Source: a virus | Virus record (IMG/VR): IMGVR_UViG_3300024581_002302 | Location: 1 to 22,130 of that record | Reading direction: 5' to 3' (one strand) | Length of the DNA stretch: 22,130 bases | Part shown: piece by piece, positions 8,175-16,851 of the stretch | Numbering within the stretch: the first letter of the stretch is position 1 | Layout: every line of letters begins with the position of its first letter | Notes under the pieces: generated by a model | The model's database searches: none | Seen by the model: the letters and a program-made list of their open reading frames with translations, nothing else | What the model was told of the DNA's origin: nothing | Translations under genes and position numbers: made by a program

Positions 8175-9089
8175 ATGACCGCACGCATCCAACACGCCGC
8201 CGACTCCCTGCACATCTGGCTCGACAACGCCGGACGCCTGGATCTCCTCGAGCGCGATGAGACCATCCTCCTCGGCCGCACTGTCCAGTCCTGGCAGAAG
8301 GGCGAAGCCTCAGAGAAGGAAGGCCGCAAGGCTCTGAACAAGCTGATCCGCCACAACCTCCGGCTCGTTGCTTCTGTCTGGAAGAAGCAGTTCACCTTCG
8401 TTCGTGCTTCTGATCCTCGCGCTGCTGATCTCCTGCAGGAGGGCTGCTTCGGCCTTCGCACCGCAGCCATGAAGTGGGACCCCGAGCGTGGCTACACGTT
8501 CGCGACCTACGCCGTGAACTGGATCCGGAAGGACATGGGCCAGTACCTGCGCGACAAGGACCGGACCATCCGCCTGTCCGCTGACTGCTACGCCGTGGTG
8601 AACATGGCGAACAAGTTCATCGACCAGACCATCGCCGCAACTGGCGAGCGTCCTTCTCTCGAGCAGATCGCTGAGAAGTGCAAGAAGAAGCCCCAGGCCG
8701 TGAAGCAGTTCCTCGAGCTGTATCAGCGCGCCAACGCCAAGACCTCGCTCGATCAGCCCGTCAAGGGTGGCGACGACGATCAGTTCTCTATCGGAGACAT
8801 GACCATCGCCCGCGCCGAGTACGACATGGCCTTCGACAAGCGCACCGAGAAGCTCGGCCGGATCATCGAGATCCTGATGGAGTCGGCTGGCCTCAGCCAC
8901 GAAGAGAAGGTCCTCGTCCGTGAGCGCAGCCTGTACAGCAGCGAGCCTCGCTCGTTCACTGTCATCGCTGACGAGCTGGGCATCAAGGGCACCCAGGCTC
9001 GCCCCACCTACCTCCGCGCCATGGCTCGCCTCGAGGACGCCGCCAAGGCTTCGGGGATGACCGTCACTGGTATCCTTTGCCGCGCCTGA
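8175..9089 (+). CDS. RNA polymerase sigma factor, RpoD/group 2-like
   Basis: Region 2 HNLRLVASV and DLLQEGCFGL...WDPERGYTFATYAVNWIR, region 3 SLDQPV, and a region 4-like HTH SFTVIADELGI. Confidence 0.92.
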   Translation: MTARIQHAADSLHIWLDNAGRLDLLERDETILLGRTVQSWQKGEASEKEGRKALNKLIRHNLRLVASVWKKQFTFVRASDPRAADLLQEGCFGLRTAAMKWDPERGYTFATYAVNWIRKDMGQYLRDKDRTIRLSADCYAVVNMANKFIDQTIAATGERPSLEQIAEKCKKKPQAVKQFLELYQRANAKTSLDQPVKGGDDDQFSIGDMTIARAEYDMAFDKRTEKLGRIIEILMESAGLSHEEKVLVRERSLYSSEPRSFTVIADELGIKGTQARPTYLRAMARLEDAAKASGMTVTGILCRA

Positions 9090-9132
9090 ACCTGTTCGGG
9101 TTCGCATTCACACTCACTCGCTTTTTAATTCC

Positions 9133-9516
9133 ATGGCTCACATCAGCATCGCCGGCAAGGTGATCAAGCAGCCCGAGCTTCGCTTCTTCGACAGCGGATC
9201 TCAGACCCTCACCCTCTCCGTCGTCGACCGGGAGTACGTCAAGCCCAAGAAGGGCGAAGAAGAGGCCCCCGGCCAGTTCTACGACGTCGAAGTGTGGGGC
9301 AAGTACGCCGAAGTGTGCGCCGACCGTCTGGTCAAGGGCTCACGCATCGCTGCCACCGGTAAGGCCGAATGGCAGGAGTACACCACCAAGGCCGGCGAGA
9401 AGCGCCGCGTCCTGAAGGTGACGAATCCCTCGATCACTTTCCTCGACACCAAGGCCGAGAAGGAGGCCATGGGCGGAAGCGCTCCTGCTGCTTCTTCTGA
9501 CGACACCCTGTTCTGA
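9133..9516 (+). CDS. ssb: Single-stranded DNA-binding protein
   Basis: OB-fold pattern PELRFF...VEVWGKYAE...LVKGSRI and an acidic tail DDTLF. Confidence 0.92.
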   Translation: MAHISIAGKVIKQPELRFFDSGSQTLTLSVVDREYVKPKKGEEEAPGQFYDVEVWGKYAEVCADRLVKGSRIAATGKAEWQEYTTKAGEKRRVLKVTNPSITFLDTKAEKEAMGGSAPAASSDDTLF

Positions 9517-9524
9517 TTCGTATC

Positions 9525-9932
9525 GTGATCGACGAGACCACCATCGATCTCAGCGAAGACCTGGGCGGATGCCTGGGTCTCGTTGTATTCGACCACCAGC
9601 CCACGACAACCCCTGGACGTGTCCGCCCCTTCGTGTGGGCCTTCCTTCTCCTCCGTGGTGCTGTCAGATCTGAAGAGATCATCGGTGCTCTGACCGGTCA
9701 CGTCGCGGACGACGACCACCGCACCTGGGACGACCCTCTTGATCGCACCAGGCTCGACGCCGTTGTTCAGGACACCCTCGCCGAGATGGTGGCCCACAAG
9801 ATCCTCCGGGTGAATGAGAGCGGTCTCTACGTTCTCCGCCCCGAGCAGATCGGCAAGGCCACCAGCCTCGTCTGTTCCCTGAACGCTCAGCTCCCCGACC
9901 ACCTGCTGATGGAGGTCGATGGCCAAGTCTGA
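9525..9932 (+). CDS. Hypothetical protein (possibly winged helix)
   Basis: GTG-start ORF packed in the operon. Confidence 0.65.
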   Translation: MIDETTIDLSEDLGGCLGLVVFDHQPTTTPGRVRPFVWAFLLLRGAVRSEEIIGALTGHVADDDHRTWDDPLDRTRLDAVVQDTLAEMVAHKILRVNESGLYVLRPEQIGKATSLVCSLNAQLPDHLLMEVDGQV

Positions 9933-10125
9933 GCAGGAACGCCTCGCCGGCCCGATCAAACCTCTGCCCGTACTCCGCAAGGGCACACAGGTGAAGGTCT
10001 ACATCGGCGCCGGATGGGCGAAGGGAACAGTCAACGACTCCACCCGCGACGCCTGCACCGTTTACCTCACCCAGCAACGAAGAACCACCCGGTGCCACGA
10101 CGCCCGGAACATCATCCCCATCTGA
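9919..10125 (+). CDS. Small hypothetical protein, possibly an SH3/Tudor-like beta barrel
   Basis: LRKGTQVKVYIGAGWAKGTVND pattern. Confidence 0.6.
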   Translation: MAKSEQERLAGPIKPLPVLRKGTQVKVYIGAGWAKGTVNDSTRDACTVYLTQQRRTTRCHDARNIIPI

Positions 10126-10128
10126 CCC

Positions 10129-10785
10129 ATGAACAACGCGCGACGCGATGCTGAATGGCTCGCCTTCAACCGACCAGCCGAAACCCCCGAAGCTGACAGC
10201 TACGACCACATCAACCCCTCGCACTACAAGGGCGACCGCAAGTACGAGCCGATCGACGTGATCGAAGACTGGGGCCTCGACTACCACCTGGGCAACGCGT
10301 TGAAGTACATCGCGCGCAACGGTCGCAAGCCTGGCGAAGATCGCCAGCGTGGACTCTCGAAGGCCATCTGGTACCTCGAGCGCCTGAAGGATCAACTCTC
10401 CGAGGAGGATCAGTGCGCAGCTGATGCCGATGAACTCCTGGCCTCTATCGCTGCCGACGAGCAGGAGGAGGTCGAGTTCAACGCCCTGGGCGAGATCCCC
10501 TCCTCTGTTCTCTTCGGCGCTGACGATCCGATGTACTACGAGGGCTACGGGAAAGACCTCAGCAAGTTTCAGGACACCGAGATCGTCTTCACCGAGCACG
10601 AGGGCGACCAGATCCTCGGCCACCAGAAGAACGGCGACGTCGTCTGGCTCGGCCACGCTCCCCGCTCGTACAGCTACGAGGACGTGATCACCTTCGATCG
10701 TGATCAGAAGGAAGCGGAGCGTGATCCCTACGACGACATGCCCTCCGATCACCGGTCCGACTTCTTGATTGACTTCGACCGGTAA
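10129..10785 (+). CDS. DUF3310-family protein (related to T7 gp1.7 nucleotide kinase) with an acidic C-terminal extension
   Basis: INPSHY...EPIDVI...YHLGNALKYIARNGRK...LSKAIWYLER. Confidence 0.85.
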   Translation: MNNARRDAEWLAFNRPAETPEADSYDHINPSHYKGDRKYEPIDVIEDWGLDYHLGNALKYIARNGRKPGEDRQRGLSKAIWYLERLKDQLSEEDQCAADADELLASIAADEQEEVEFNALGEIPSSVLFGADDPMYYEGYGKDLSKFQDTEIVFTEHEGDQILGHQKNGDVVWLGHAPRSYSYEDVITFDRDQKEAERDPYDDMPSDHRSDFLIDFDR

Positions 10786-10804
10786 GGGTTAGAACACGCA
10801 CTGG

Positions 10805-10832
10805 AAGCCTCGGCCACCGCCGGGGCTTTTTT
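10805..10832 (+). terminator. Rho-independent terminator
   Basis: GCCTCGGC-CACC-GCCGGGGC followed by T6. Confidence 0.8.
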
Positions 10833-10833
10833 C

Positions 10834-11208
10834 ATGCGCGAGATCCAGTTCACCCTCGAGTTGCCACTAATGAGCAAGGCACGCCCACGCTTCGGGCAGG
10901 GCCGCTCGTATCTGCCGGCGAAGTACAGGGAGTGGAAGAACAACGCCCGCGATCAGCTGAAGGCGATCTGGGTCGAGTTCGAGCTGGACACCCTCGAGCA
11001 GTTCGAGATGGAGGTCGAGGCCTACGGTCCCGGCCGATGTGACGCGGACAACCTGATCGGGGCGCTGCTCGACTCAGGACTACCCGACAAGAAGACCGGC
11101 TGGCGCGGTGCCTGGAAGGACGACCGCGTGACCGTGATCCCCTACATCTCGTTCAGATGGCACCGATCCAAGGAAGAAAAGTGGGTAGTTCTACTCAGAA
11201 CAGGTTGA
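10834..11208 (+). CDS. rusA: RusA-like Holliday junction resolvase
   Basis: SKARPRF, DADNL and WKDDRV motifs. Confidence 0.8.
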   Translation: MREIQFTLELPLMSKARPRFGQGRSYLPAKYREWKNNARDQLKAIWVEFELDTLEQFEMEVEAYGPGRCDADNLIGALLDSGLPDKKTGWRGAWKDDRVTVIPYISFRWHRSKEEKWVVLLRTG

Positions 11209-11269
11209 CATCTCAGACTCTTTTAAGGAACAACACACCCAAAACGTAGTCCAGAACACAAAAGGGGCA

Positions 11270-11298
11270 TTGACACCGCGAACACAAGACGACATATT
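11270..11298 (+). promoter_or_regulatory. Host sigma70-type promoter
   Basis: TTGACA-N17-CATATT in an AT-richer intergenic region. Confidence 0.7.
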
Positions 11299-11342
11299 TG
11301 ACCCATCAAATCCAGCCTGTTTCAAGCGGAACAGGCACCACC

Positions 11343-12014
11343 ATGATCAGCACCTCTGCCATCCTCCTCGTCACCGACTCCGCTTCAATCGAGCGTCTTC
11401 AAGACTCCGGCACCTGGCCCCAGGTCGCCCTCCGCTATGAGGACATGGCCAACATCGACCAGGTGTTGTTCCTTGATCGCGACCAGCAGGCCATCACCCA
11501 CATGGCCATCCTGAATGCAGCCGAACCCTGGGTCCCGACGCACGTCAAGGGTCAGCCCCTGACCTTCATCCCTTCCGTCGAGGAAGTGATGGACATGTTC
11601 GACCCCATCGAAGTGAGCAACGTCAGCCTCGAGCTGATGGGCACCATGGGCCGCCCTCCTCTGCTGCACCGTGAGGCACTGCTGATCGCCGACATCGACG
11701 AGATGCTGAACGCAGAAGATCCTGAAGCCTGGGTGCTCGGCGAGATCGCTGACCAGGTGATCATCAACGGCCGCAACTTCGACACCAGCTCCGCGCTGCG
11801 TGCACTCGAAGGCGAGCTGGGTGATGTCGAGGCTCTGGCCCGTGAGTTCACCGAAGTGTCCGCAGGCATCGAGGGCGAACAGATGGACAAGCTGCCCACC
11901 AACTGGGCCAAGGGATGGAACCAGACCGAGGAGCAGCAGGCTGCCCTTCTGTCTCTCCTGAACAGTGCGATGTCCACCTACATGGCCGAGACGGCTGACG
12001 ACTGGAACATCTGA
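11343..12014 (+). CDS. Hypothetical, strongly acidic protein
   Basis: ATG-start ORF after the promoter, with a marked excess of Asp/Glu. Confidence 0.75.
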   Translation: MISTSAILLVTDSASIERLQDSGTWPQVALRYEDMANIDQVLFLDRDQQAITHMAILNAAEPWVPTHVKGQPLTFIPSVEEVMDMFDPIEVSNVSLELMGTMGRPPLLHREALLIADIDEMLNAEDPEAWVLGEIADQVIINGRNFDTSSALRALEGELGDVEALAREFTEVSAGIEGEQMDKLPTNWAKGWNQTEEQQAALLSLLNSAMSTYMAETADDWNI

Positions 12015-12051
12015 GGCCTCATACCTTGAAGGGTTGACACCTCGACCCCGC

Positions 12052-12990
12052 ATGGAACTGAGTAACGCACCGACCCAGATCGCCTTCCACCAGCCCGACC
12101 CCGACTACAGGCGCACCGAGGGGCTCAGTCAGTCAGCCATGAAGGAGCTGCTGATCTCCCCGGCGCACTACCAGGCCGCATACGGCCCGAACGCCGAGCC
12201 CCGCTTCGCTACTGCTGCGATGACCTGGGGCCTCGCCCTTCATGCACGTGTGCTCGAGCCTGAGAAGTTCGACAACCTCTTCTACGACCGCAGCTCGAAG
12301 CCGAAGGAGCCGACGATCGCAGATCTGAAGGAGATGCTGGACGAGTCCGGCACCGAGTACCCGAAGTCCGCGAAGAAGGCAGACCTCGAGAACCTCCTCT
12401 GGCCCGAAGGCAAGAAGAAGGACAACCGGACCTCGATGGATCCGAAGGACTTCGACAACGTCATCCGCGCCGCCGAAGCGCTGCGCACTCATGACATCAC
12501 GGGCGACTGGTTCTGCCCTGGCCAGGAGAAGTACAGGGAGTTCAATGAGGTGTCGCTGTACTGCAGGAACGAACTTGGCCAGACCTTGAAGGGCCGCTTC
12601 GACCGGATGCTGCTCACTGACGACACGGTGACCATCCTCGACTTGAAGACCACGCAGGATGCAACTCCTGCAGGCTTTGTTAGGAGTGTCCAGAATTTCT
12701 CATATGATCTGCAGGCTGCCTGGTACACCTACCTCGCCGAGCAGTGCTACCCGGGACGGTCCGTCGAGTTCTTGTTCGTCGCGATCGAGAAGAAGGCACC
12801 CTTCGGGATCTCCGTCTTCCGTGCGTCTCCTCAGCTGATCGCCAACGGTCAGAAGAAGATGGCGCGGGCCCTCGAACTCTTTGCCCAGTGCGAGACTCTG
12901 GACTACTGGCCCTCCTACGACCCGATCATCCACGACCTTGTGCTCCCGCAATGGGCCCTCCACAAGGACACCTCAGACCCCTCGTTCTGA
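12052..12990 (+). CDS. RecE/exonuclease VIII-like PD-(D/E)XK nuclease (DUF3799-like)
   Basis: LSQSAMKELL, WGLALHARVLEP, EVS...KGRFD...LDLKTT and YDLQAAWY. Confidence 0.88.
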   Translation: MELSNAPTQIAFHQPDPDYRRTEGLSQSAMKELLISPAHYQAAYGPNAEPRFATAAMTWGLALHARVLEPEKFDNLFYDRSSKPKEPTIADLKEMLDESGTEYPKSAKKADLENLLWPEGKKKDNRTSMDPKDFDNVIRAAEALRTHDITGDWFCPGQEKYREFNEVSLYCRNELGQTLKGRFDRMLLTDDTVTILDLKTTQDATPAGFVRSVQNFSYDLQAAWYTYLAEQCYPGRSVEFLFVAIEKKAPFGISVFRASPQLIANGQKKMARALELFAQCETLDYWPSYDPIIHDLVLPQWALHKDTSDPSF

Positions 12991-12997
12991 ACCTCTC

Positions 12998-13495
12998 GTG
13001 GCACCAAAAGGAAAACCGACCACATCCACCGAGCGGATGCGCCTCAAGAAACTGCGCGAGCAGGGGAAGGCGCCTCCACTCAAGAAGTGCAAGGTCTGCG
13101 GCAAGAACCTGAAGAAGGGCGCCGGCTCGAACCGTGCCTGGGAAGCCGACCTCTGCTGGAACCACTGGGTGCAGACCGACGAAGGCAAGGTCACAAGACG
13201 CCGCCAAGGTCTAGCGAAGCGAGAGGGAGTGTGGGGTGTGACCTTCTTCGGTGGCGAAGACGTGAAGCCGTTCACGAACATGCGGAGCGCGCTCTCTGCA
13301 TCTGTGAACAAGGGAGGCCGGGACAACTTCCCGGTCTTTGTTGTATGGAGCACCGGCATCGTCACCATCCACAGCGGACTAACCGCACGGAAGGCCATCG
13401 GCCTGCAGCCAGAAGATGGCGACCAGCTGATCGACGAGTTCGAGTACTTCCTCGAGATGGTCCCTGATCACCTGAAGACCTGGTTCGAGAACTAA
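12998..13495 (+). CDS. Hypothetical protein with a probable zinc finger
   Basis: GTG start, basic N-terminus, CKVC...CWNH. Confidence 0.7.
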   Translation: MAPKGKPTTSTERMRLKKLREQGKAPPLKKCKVCGKNLKKGAGSNRAWEADLCWNHWVQTDEGKVTRRRQGLAKREGVWGVTFFGGEDVKPFTNMRSALSASVNKGGRDNFPVFVVWSTGIVTIHSGLTARKAIGLQPEDGDQLIDEFEYFLEMVPDHLKTWFEN

Positions 13496-13516
13496 CAGGC
13501 CCGGGTACCCTGTGCC
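13482..13516 (+). promoter_or_regulatory. Phage promoter/operator motif
   Basis: GGTTC-GAGAAC-TAACA, a 6-nt gap, then GGTACCCTGTGCC. Confidence 0.65.
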
Positions 13517-13534
13517 ACCTCGAACCGGCACGTC

Positions 13535-13705
13535 ATGTACGTCGTTCTCACCTGGCCGAGGGGGAAGCGCCCCACGGTGCACGGTCCCTTCGGCTCGCAC
13601 CTTGCAGCATCGGACTACAGCAAGGAGTACACCGAGCAGACGAAGATCGCCTGCGAAGTACGCCCCCTTGCGACTCCTGAGGTCTTCGGCGACGAGGGTC
13701 TGTGA
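13535..13705 (+). CDS. Hypothetical protein, 56 aa (not in ORF track)
   Basis: MYVVLTWPRGKRPTVHGPFGSHLAASDYSKEYTEQTKIACEVRPLATPEVFGDEGL; TGATG-coupled to thyX. Confidence 0.65.
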   Translation: MYVVLTWPRGKRPTVHGPFGSHLAASDYSKEYTEQTKIACEVRPLATPEVFGDEGL

Positions 13706-14358
13706 TGGATTTTCAGAAGGAAGTTCACAACGCGAAGCTCGTCAGCATCACCCCAGACGCTGAGAAGCAGATCGTCTACATGGCACGCGTGAGCAATCCC
13801 GCGAACCAGAAGAACATGGAGACGGCTCCGAAGCTGATCAAGTACCTGATCAAGGCTGGCCACTGGTCACCCTTCGAGATGGCCAGCATCCAGGTCGAGA
13901 TCAACACGACCCGCGCCATCGCCGCGCAAATTTTGCGCCACCGTTCGGCGTCATATCAAGAGTTCAGCCAGCGGTACAGCTCCGTCGACCAGCTGCCAGA
14001 GATCGGGATCCCCCATCTCCGCACCCAGGACCTGAAGAACAAGCAGGCCAGCCACGACAACCTGGACCCCGACATCCAGGAGATGCTCTCCCTGCACATC
14101 GAGCGCCACTACTCCCAGGCCCAGGACCTGTACACCCAGCTGCTCGCAGCAGGCGTGGCCAAGGAGTGCGCTCGCTCCGTGCTTCCCCTCGGAACGCCGA
14201 GCCGTCTCTACATGTCGATGACTGTTCGCACGGCGATCCATTACTGCGCCATCCGCGCCGACAAGGCCACCCAGCTCGAGCACCGGATGATCGCCGAGGA
14301 CATCAAGGGAATCATCGAGGAGCACCTTCCGAACGTTTACGAGGCCGCCTTCACATGA
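13705..14358 (+). CDS. thyX: Flavin-dependent thymidylate synthase
   Basis: ARVSNP, GHWSPFEM, RHRSASYQEFSQRY, KECARSVLP and TQLEHR. Confidence 0.97.
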   Translation: MDFQKEVHNAKLVSITPDAEKQIVYMARVSNPANQKNMETAPKLIKYLIKAGHWSPFEMASIQVEINTTRAIAAQILRHRSASYQEFSQRYSSVDQLPEIGIPHLRTQDLKNKQASHDNLDPDIQEMLSLHIERHYSQAQDLYTQLLAAGVAKECARSVLPLGTPSRLYMSMTVRTAIHYCAIRADKATQLEHRMIAEDIKGIIEEHLPNVYEAAFT

Positions 14359-14435
14359 ACCTCGTCTTCTGCCTGTGCACAAGCTTCTGCGCCTGGTTGT
14401 TCTTTGTCTCGATCATGTGCGGGTTCGCATCGTGA
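14355..14435 (+). CDS. Putative hydrophobic micropeptide, 26 aa
   Basis: MNLVFCLCTSFCAWLFFVSIMCGFAS; ATGA overlap with the thyX stop. Confidence 0.4.
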   Translation: MNLVFCLCTSFCAWLFFVSIMCGFAS

Positions 14436-14524
14436 CATACGACCAGATCCTGATCCTCGTGGCCCCGATCCTCTTCGGGGTCTTCCTGTTCCTTCTCTCC
14501 ATGTTTGGCGATGCCTTCGTCTGA
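14432..14524 (+). CDS. Putative single-pass membrane micropeptide, 30 aa
   Basis: MTYDQILILVAPILFGVFLFLLSMFGDAFV; GTGA overlap. Confidence 0.5.
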   Translation: MTYDQILILVAPILFGVFLFLLSMFGDAFV

Positions 14525-14657
14525 TCAGAAGACCTTCTGGCGTGACCTGTTCAGGGAACGGCCAGACCTGAACCCTCCCGGCTACGACGAGACAGTCGCC
14601 CGGCTGTACCCGGAGAAGAAGCAGGAACCTGAGGAGGAATGCGACATCGAATTCTGA
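14511..14657 (+). CDS. Hypothetical protein, 48 aa
   Basis: MPSSDQKTFWRDLFRERPDLNPPGYDETVARLYPEKKQEPEEECDIEF; ends at the terminator. Confidence 0.6.
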   Translation: MPSSDQKTFWRDLFRERPDLNPPGYDETVARLYPEKKQEPEEECDIEF

Positions 14658-14679
14658 GACCCTTCGGGGTCTCTTTTTT
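14656..14679 (+). terminator. Rho-independent terminator
   Basis: GAGACCC-TTCG-GGGTCTC followed by T6. Confidence 0.9.
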
Positions 14680-14734
14680 ATGCCTTCGGAATGCTCGGGT
14701 GATCACCGCGTGATGCGGGCTCACCCATGCCGAG

Positions 14735-15253
14735 ATGGCCATCTACGACCACAACAAGGGACTCGAGAAGAGAGGCAAGCGCGAAACGCCTGAAGCGTTC
14801 GAGGCCTTCACCGTGTACTTGGAACTGAATCGCGAGCGTTCGCACGCGAAGGTCGCAGGGATCCTCGGCTGTTCTGTGAACAACATCCAGAACATGGCCA
14901 AGCGCAACAACTGGTCGAAGCGCGCCGCGGCCTATGACGCCGACCGTGTGAAGCAGAGCTTCGCCGACGTGCGCAAGGAGCGCGAAGAGAAGCACAAGCG
15001 CGCCATCAAGAAATTCAGAGAAGAGCAGGAACGCCGGGCCCAGGGCATGGGCGAACTCGCCGACCTGATGATGGAACTCACCGCCGACAAGCTCCAAGCA
15101 ATGCGAGCAGCTGGCGAGCTGCCCAGCGAGCAGTCCATCTCCAACCTCGCCAAGACCGTCGCCTCACTGGCCGACATGGCCATGAACCTGCAGGCCACCG
15201 CTTTGGGGGTGGATGAACTGGTCGACACGCTCGAAACGGAGCTGGGAGAGTGA
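14735..15253 (+). CDS. Probable terminase small subunit
   Basis: N-terminal HTH (RSHAKVAGILGCSVNNIQNMAKRNNWSKRA), helical C-terminus, GTGA overlap with the large subunit. Confidence 0.7.
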   Translation: MAIYDHNKGLEKRGKRETPEAFEAFTVYLELNRERSHAKVAGILGCSVNNIQNMAKRNNWSKRAAAYDADRVKQSFADVRKEREEKHKRAIKKFREEQERRAQGMGELADLMMELTADKLQAMRAAGELPSEQSISNLAKTVASLADMAMNLQATALGVDELVDTLETELGE

Positions 15254-16806
15254 AGAAGGGCCTCGGCTCGAAGTTCCTGCGCAAGGCGTCAAGGGATCGG
15301 GAACTGGTCTCCAAGGCCAGGAAGGCCAAGCAGCTCGAAGTCAAGCAGAGCGTCACCGACCTGACTTTCCGCGAGTACATCGAGCTGGTGATGCCCAGCT
15401 TCCAGTTCTACGCGTGGAACCTGATCCTGATCGACAGGCTGCAGGAGGTGGCCGACGGGAAGCTGTCGCGACTGCTGGTGCAGTGCCCACCACGGCACGG
15501 GAAGTCCGAACTCGCGAAGCTGTTCGCCGGGTACTACTTGCTCAGGTACCAGAACCGCTTCGTCGGTGTGTCCTCCTATTCGATGGACCTGGCCTCCACC
15601 TTCTCCCGTGCGTCGCGTTCGTATTACGAGGCAGGCGGTGGCAAGTTCAACCCGGCCTCGCAGTCGGTGCAGTTCTGGGAAACAGAGACGAAGGGCGGCT
15701 GCTGGGCTGCAGGCTCAGGCGGCTCCATCACCGGCAAGGGTGCGCACCTGGCGATCCTCGACGACCCGGTCAAGGGTCGCGAAGAAGCAGAGTCCCCCGC
15801 CTACATCCGGAAGCTGCACGACTGGTACAAGTCCACCCTGCGGACCAGGATCAACCCCGAAGGCGGGGCCATGGTGATCATCCAGACCCGATGGTCTGCC
15901 ACCGATGCGATCGGCCTGGTGATGGACCTCGAGGAGCAAGCGCCCGAGGAGTACAGAGAGGGCTGGCACATGGTCGACTTCCCGGCCGAGTACGAGGAGT
16001 GGGACTACCGCCCGCACATCCCCGAGTGCATCACCGTTGAGGAGGACTTCCGCACCATCCCCGGCCAGGCTCTCTGTCCTGAGCGCTACGACGAGAACGC
16101 CCTCGGCCAGATCAAGGCATCGATCGGTTCGCGCGAGTACGGCTCGCTGTATCAGCAGAACCCGCAGGCCAACGACGCCGCAATCTTCAAGCCCAGCTGG
16201 TGGCAGTTCCGCTCGATGGAGGAGGCCGAGTGGACTCGGGTCATCCTGTCGGTCGACTGCGCCTTCACCGCTACAGCCACCAGCGACTTCGTGGCCATCG
16301 CTGCCCTGGGTGAACGCGAGGACGGATCGATCGATGTCATCGACGTGATCAACGAACGGATCGATGTGGTCGGCACCATGCGCGCCATCCAGCAGGCCGC
16401 CTTCAGGTTCAACCCCGCCGCAGTCCTGATCGAGAAAGCAGCGAACGGTGAGGCCGTGATCCAGATGATGGGGAAGAAGCTCCCGAACATCATCGGCATC
16501 AGGGCCGACAAGTCGAAGATCGCCAGAGCATCAGGCGCTGCACCGATGGTGGAGGCCGGCACCGTGTGGATGCCGAACGAGGCCCACTGGTTGCGCTTCG
16601 TGCTTGATCAGTTCGCACAGTTCCCTGTGGGCAAGAACGACGACGCGGTCGACGCCATCACCCAGGGCTTGAACTGGATGCGCGAACGCCAGCCCATGCG
16701 CCAGACCGTCGCGACCTGGGGCCGCAGCGATCGTCCGATTCACGTCCATGCACCCGACCTGGGACGTCGCCAGGGGATCGGCTTCGGAACGCCGGACAGT
16801 CTATAA
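15250..16806 (+). CDS. terL: Terminase large subunit
   Basis: Walker A CPPRHGKS, Walker B AILDDP, IQTRW, LYQQNP, and nuclease motifs SVDCAF, SDF and NDDAVDA. Confidence 0.93.
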   Translation: MKKGLGSKFLRKASRDRELVSKARKAKQLEVKQSVTDLTFREYIELVMPSFQFYAWNLILIDRLQEVADGKLSRLLVQCPPRHGKSELAKLFAGYYLLRYQNRFVGVSSYSMDLASTFSRASRSYYEAGGGKFNPASQSVQFWETETKGGCWAAGSGGSITGKGAHLAILDDPVKGREEAESPAYIRKLHDWYKSTLRTRINPEGGAMVIIQTRWSATDAIGLVMDLEEQAPEEYREGWHMVDFPAEYEEWDYRPHIPECITVEEDFRTIPGQALCPERYDENALGQIKASIGSREYGSLYQQNPQANDAAIFKPSWWQFRSMEEAEWTRVILSVDCAFTATATSDFVAIAALGEREDGSIDVIDVINERIDVVGTMRAIQQAAFRFNPAAVLIEKAANGEAVIQMMGKKLPNIIGIRADKSKIARASGAAPMVEAGTVWMPNEAHWLRFVLDQFAQFPVGKNDDAVDAITQGLNWMRERQPMRQTVATWGRSDRPIHVHAPDLGRRQGIGFGTPDSL

Positions 16807-16811
16807 GGAGT

Positions 16812-16836
16812 CGAACGACGCCTGGTACCCTGTGCC
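16812..16836 (+). promoter_or_regulatory. Phage promoter motif
   Basis: CGAACGACGCCT-GGTACCCTGTGCC, ending 15 nt before the sigma factor start codon. Confidence 0.6.
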
Positions 16837-16851
16837 ACTTGCAACAGCGGA

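Noticed and set aside
11205-12041. Additional TTGACA hexamers at 11205 and 12034 as sigma70 promoters
   Set aside because: No plausible -10 hexamer at 16-18 bp spacing.
3545-16806. Inteins or introns in dnaB, dnaG, thyX or terL
   Set aside because: Lengths are ordinary and motifs contiguous, with no splice-junction or LAGLIDADG signatures seen.
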